This document shows, in pieces, positions 60,943 through 64,000 of a DNA stretch of 64,000 bases. Origin of the DNA: Dehalococcoidia bacterium (lineage in GTDB: Bacteria > Chloroflexota > Dehalococcoidia > Bin125); contig CAXXNO010000005.1 of NCBI GenBank assembly GCA_963663235.2, positions 1-64,000 of the forward strand, in the 5' to 3' direction. Both the position numbers and the translations under genes were made by a program. The notes beneath the pieces are model-generated. The model was not told where the DNA came from. It did no database searches and worked only from the letters and a program-made list of their open reading frames with translations. Position 1 is the first letter of the stretch. Every line of letters starts with the position of its first letter.

Positions 60943-61871
60943 TTACGCCTGAGCCAGCTCCCAGAACCGTTCCATCTGCGACACGATCTCCTCAACAGTA
61001 TCCACCCCGGTCGTCTGGCAAGGGTCGAACAGGAGATCCGCCGGCTCAATGGCGCGCATCGCCGCAACGTCGGCCGCGATCTGCTCCGCCGAGCCGCTGA
61101 ACATCGGGCGGTCGTCTCCCTGTGGCGCATCGCTGATGCGGCCGTTCGCCCGCACCACCAGCTCCAGCTCCGCCGGATCCCGACCAGCCTCCTCCGCCAT
61201 CGTCTTGATGGTCCCGAACATCTCCGTCATCACCTCCGGCGGGAAGAACACCGGGTTCCAGCCATTACAGAGCGTCGCAATGCGCGGGAACGCACGTCTC
61301 TCGAAAGCGCCCATGTAGATCGGCGGGTGGGGTTGCTGCACTGGCTTCGGGAAGATGTGGGATTTAGGCACGTGGTAGAACTCGCCATGGAACTCCACGG
61401 GATCGCTGGGCCAGATCGCCTTGAGGACCTGAAGGAACTCGTCGGCCCGCCGGCCCCGCTCGCGCATTAGGACGCCGAAGACGTCGCACTCGTCTTCCGA
61501 CCAGGCGATGCCGAAGGCGACGCGCAGCCGCCCCGCTGAGAGGACGTCCAACGTGGTCAGCCGCCGCGCCAGCATCACGGGGTTGTAGTACGGAATGTTG
61601 ATCGTGCTCGTACCCAGGGCGACGCGGCTCGTGTGGGCCGCGTCGAACGTCAAGGTCTCTAGCGGATCGAGCACGATCTTGTAATGGTCCGGCAGCATCC
61701 CGTTTGCCGAACCGGGGTACGGGGGGTCTTGGGTTCGAGCGGGTAGAGGAGGCGCTCCGTCACCCAGACCGACTCGTAGCCCAGCGCCTCCGCCCGTTGG
61801 GCCACTGCGATGAGCGCTTCCGGACTCGCGGCCGGGCCGATGTGCGGGAGTCCGAATCCAAGACGCATCAC
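60943..61871 (-). CDS. LLM class F420-dependent oxidoreductase; frameshift in a C run near 61725
   Basis: MRLGFGLPHIG...AEALGYESVWVTERLLYP, then LDPLETLT...LARRLTTLDVLSAGRL...PKPVQQPHPPI. Confidence 0.88.
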
Positions 61872-62043
61872 TTCCTCCGATCGTCCGAGCTACCGCTCCG
61901 TCGTTGTGTGCCCGTTCGCCGCGGCCCCGCTGATCGTCGGCCTCCCCCACGAAGACCAGTGGGCTGCATGAGTTGTGCCCCTGTCCCCTATGAAAGATGC
62001 ACCCCAGCCGGCCTGCTTCAGACGAGGCTCCAGAAAGACGCGC

Positions 62044-62511
62044 TCATTGCTCCGGCGGGAACGGTGTCTTGACCCAGCCATCCTCGTACGGGGTCATGAA
62101 GGCCGGGTTCACCTTGACGCGCGAAAACTTCCACACACCGTCCTCTTTACGATATCGGTCCTCGTACGTCGCGGCGACGAACATCGCCACGCCGGCAATC
62201 GTGGCCGTCTCCCATATGTACCAGGTGCCGCTCGCCTCGGTGCCCGACGGATCGAGATCGATGACGGGGCCACACATATAGTGCAGCGCAAAGGTGAATC
62301 GCTTCGACACGTCGGCGAAGAAGTCGTGGATCGCCTGCCGCCCCTCGAATCGCCCAAGCGGTCCCATCTCCCACACCGCGTCTTCAGTGAACAGCGGCGC
62401 GAGCGCCTCCGGATCGTAGTTATTGTCGCAATGCTGCGCGTAGACGATCTTGAGCTTGCGGATTGCCTCGATCTCTTCCAGTCGCTGGATCCGTTCGTCG
62501 AGCGTCGGCAT
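62044..62511 (-). CDS. NTF2-like/SnoaL family protein (LinA-like)
   Basis: RLEEIEAIRKLK..YAQHCD, LFTEDAVW, ALHY, YEDRYRKEDGVWKF; GAGGAG RBS. Confidence 0.88.
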   Translation of the reverse strand: MPTLDERIQRLEEIEAIRKLKIVYAQHCDNNYDPEALAPLFTEDAVWEMGPLGRFEGRQAIHDFFADVSKRFTFALHYMCGPVIDLDPSGTEASGTWYIWETATIAGVAMFVAATYEDRYRKEDGVWKFSRVKVNPAFMTPYEDGWVKTPFPPEQ

Positions 62512-62705
62512 GGCTCAGTCCTCCTCTGTAACCGTTCGCGCTTTGCAGCCTACCGAGCGGAGCGCGATCCCACAACGAGCGGCGCTCGGTGTCGTCCTCG
62601 CCCAGCAGGCATCGACGAGCGCTGTGGTGTCCGCGCTGCTGCGGCGCGCCGTCTCTGGCATACTGTCGCCGCGCGGGCACTTCCGCCCCAGCTGAGGAGG
62701 ACGTG

Positions 62706-63814
62706 ATGGAACTGGGCTACTTCGCCATGCCGCTCCACCCGCCGGGGTCGGACTTCACCCAGACCATCCGCGAGGATATGGAGCAGATCGTCCTGCTCGA
62801 CAGCCTCGGCTACCGGGAGGCGTGGATCGGCGAGCACTTCACCAGCGCCTGGGAGAATATCCCCTCGCCGGAACTCTTCATCGCGGAAGCGCTGGCGCGG
62901 ACCGAGCACATCGTCTTGGGCACGGGCGTCACCTGCTTGCCCAACCACAACCCGTTTCACATCGCTCACCGCATCGCTCAGCTCGACCACCAGGCCCAAG
63001 GTCGCTTTCGCTGGGGGATCGGCTCTGGCGCGACGCCGCTCGACTTCGCCGTCTTCGGCGTCGACGACGAGGCAGGCGAGCATCGCCCGCTGACTCTTGA
63101 GACGCTCGACATGGTGCTGAGGATCTGGGAGGGGCTTCCGCCGGGGACCTACGAGAACAAGTTCTGGCGCTTCACCATACCCCCGCCAATGGAGGAGCTC
63201 GGGTTCTGGGTGCATTTAAAGCCCTATCAGCAGCCCCACCCGCCCATCGCCGTCGCTGGTCTCACGTCGCGCTCCGAGACCCTCATCCTCGCCGGGGAAC
63301 GTGGCTGGATCCCGATGAGCATTAACTATGTGCCGCCCTGGGTGCTGAAAACACACTGGGAGGCGGTAATCGAAGGTGCGAGCCGCAGCGGCCGGGCGCC
63401 GAGCCGCTCTTCCTGGAGAATTGCGCGGGAGGTCTTCGTCGCCGAGACCACGGAGGAGGCGCGCGAGGAGGCGCTGAATGGCACCATAGCCCGCGACTTC
63501 CTCGGCTACTTCAGGCCGATCCTGGAGAGATACGGCTTCCTCGAGATCGTGAAGCACGACGCGAACATGACCGACGACGACGTGACGGCGGCGTACATGG
63601 TCGACAACGCTACCTCGTTGGCAGTCCAGCGGATGTCGCGGGCCAGATCCGCACGCTCTACGACGAGGTCGGCGGCTTCGGCGTGCTCCTCGCGATGGCC
63701 CACGAGTGGCAGCCGCGCGACAAGTGGGAGCGGTCGATGCGGCTGCTCGTCGAGGAGGTCTTGCCGCGCCTCGCAGACCTGACGCCGGCCGAGCCGGCCG
63801 TCGCGTCGCCCTGA
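62706..63814 (+). CDS. LLM class flavin-dependent monooxygenase; frameshift near 63610
   Basis: GYFAMPLHPPG, AWIGEHF, LGTGVTCLP, KPYQQPHPPI. The shifted tail YLVGSPADV...EVGGFGVLL...SMRLLVEEVLP ends at TGA 63812-63814. Confidence 0.9.
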
Positions 63815-63963
63815 GGGCTGATCACGATGAGTGCTGGGAGGCCGCCGCCGGACGGGTCCCGGCTACGCGCTTGACGGGCGCACGCTCGCCGACAATCCTG
63901 GCGCTCTGCAACGCTCGCGCCGCGCCCCGCAACGGCCGGCGCTCAACTCGCAAAGGAGTCCCG

Positions 63964-64000
63964 GTGCCACAGATTTATGATGAGATGCCCCTTGGTCACG
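63964..64000 (+). CDS. Start of an unidentified gene running out of the window
   Basis: AAGGAG RBS followed by GTG; frame open to the window edge (MPQIYDEMPLVT). Confidence 0.35.
   Translation, partial: MPQIYDEMPLGH

Overview
High-GC bacterial chromosomal window. The gene content suggests Chloroflexota/Dehalococcoidia (inference): four luciferase-like/F420 oxidoreductases, three hydantoinase-B paralogs plus a relic, a CaiB CoA-transferase, SnoaL, SDR, amidohydrolase and MoxR-DUF58. It carries about 45 genes, mostly catabolic enzymes and transporters, including a benzoate-CoA ligase/boxC/boxB cluster, amt, typA, an RhlE-type helicase, pyk and alr. More than a dozen single-base frameshifts, many in short base runs, point to an unpolished long-read consensus, so broken genes are not automatically pseudogenes. 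The ORF track misses or hides six main things. (1) Three genes have an in-frame UGA at a redox-Cys position followed by a SECIS-like hairpin: a Prx-like UxxC protein, and an operon of SelW/Rdx (CxxU), UGSC (UxxC) and a conserved partner, upstream of a hydantoinase-B gene. (2) A secreted protein has about 51 tandem HDPxxSGx octapeptides. (3) A tandem ~75-aa module is shared by that protein and an M23/SH3/RlpA-like protein. (4) A family of ~105-bp elements with TGT...ACA-type ends brackets gene modules. (5) A 19-aa Trp/Arg amphipathic repeat protein. (6) A candidate pseudoknot leader before the helicase. boxB has an in-frame deletion that removes a di-iron ligand segment. No rRNA, tRNA or CRISPR array was recognised.
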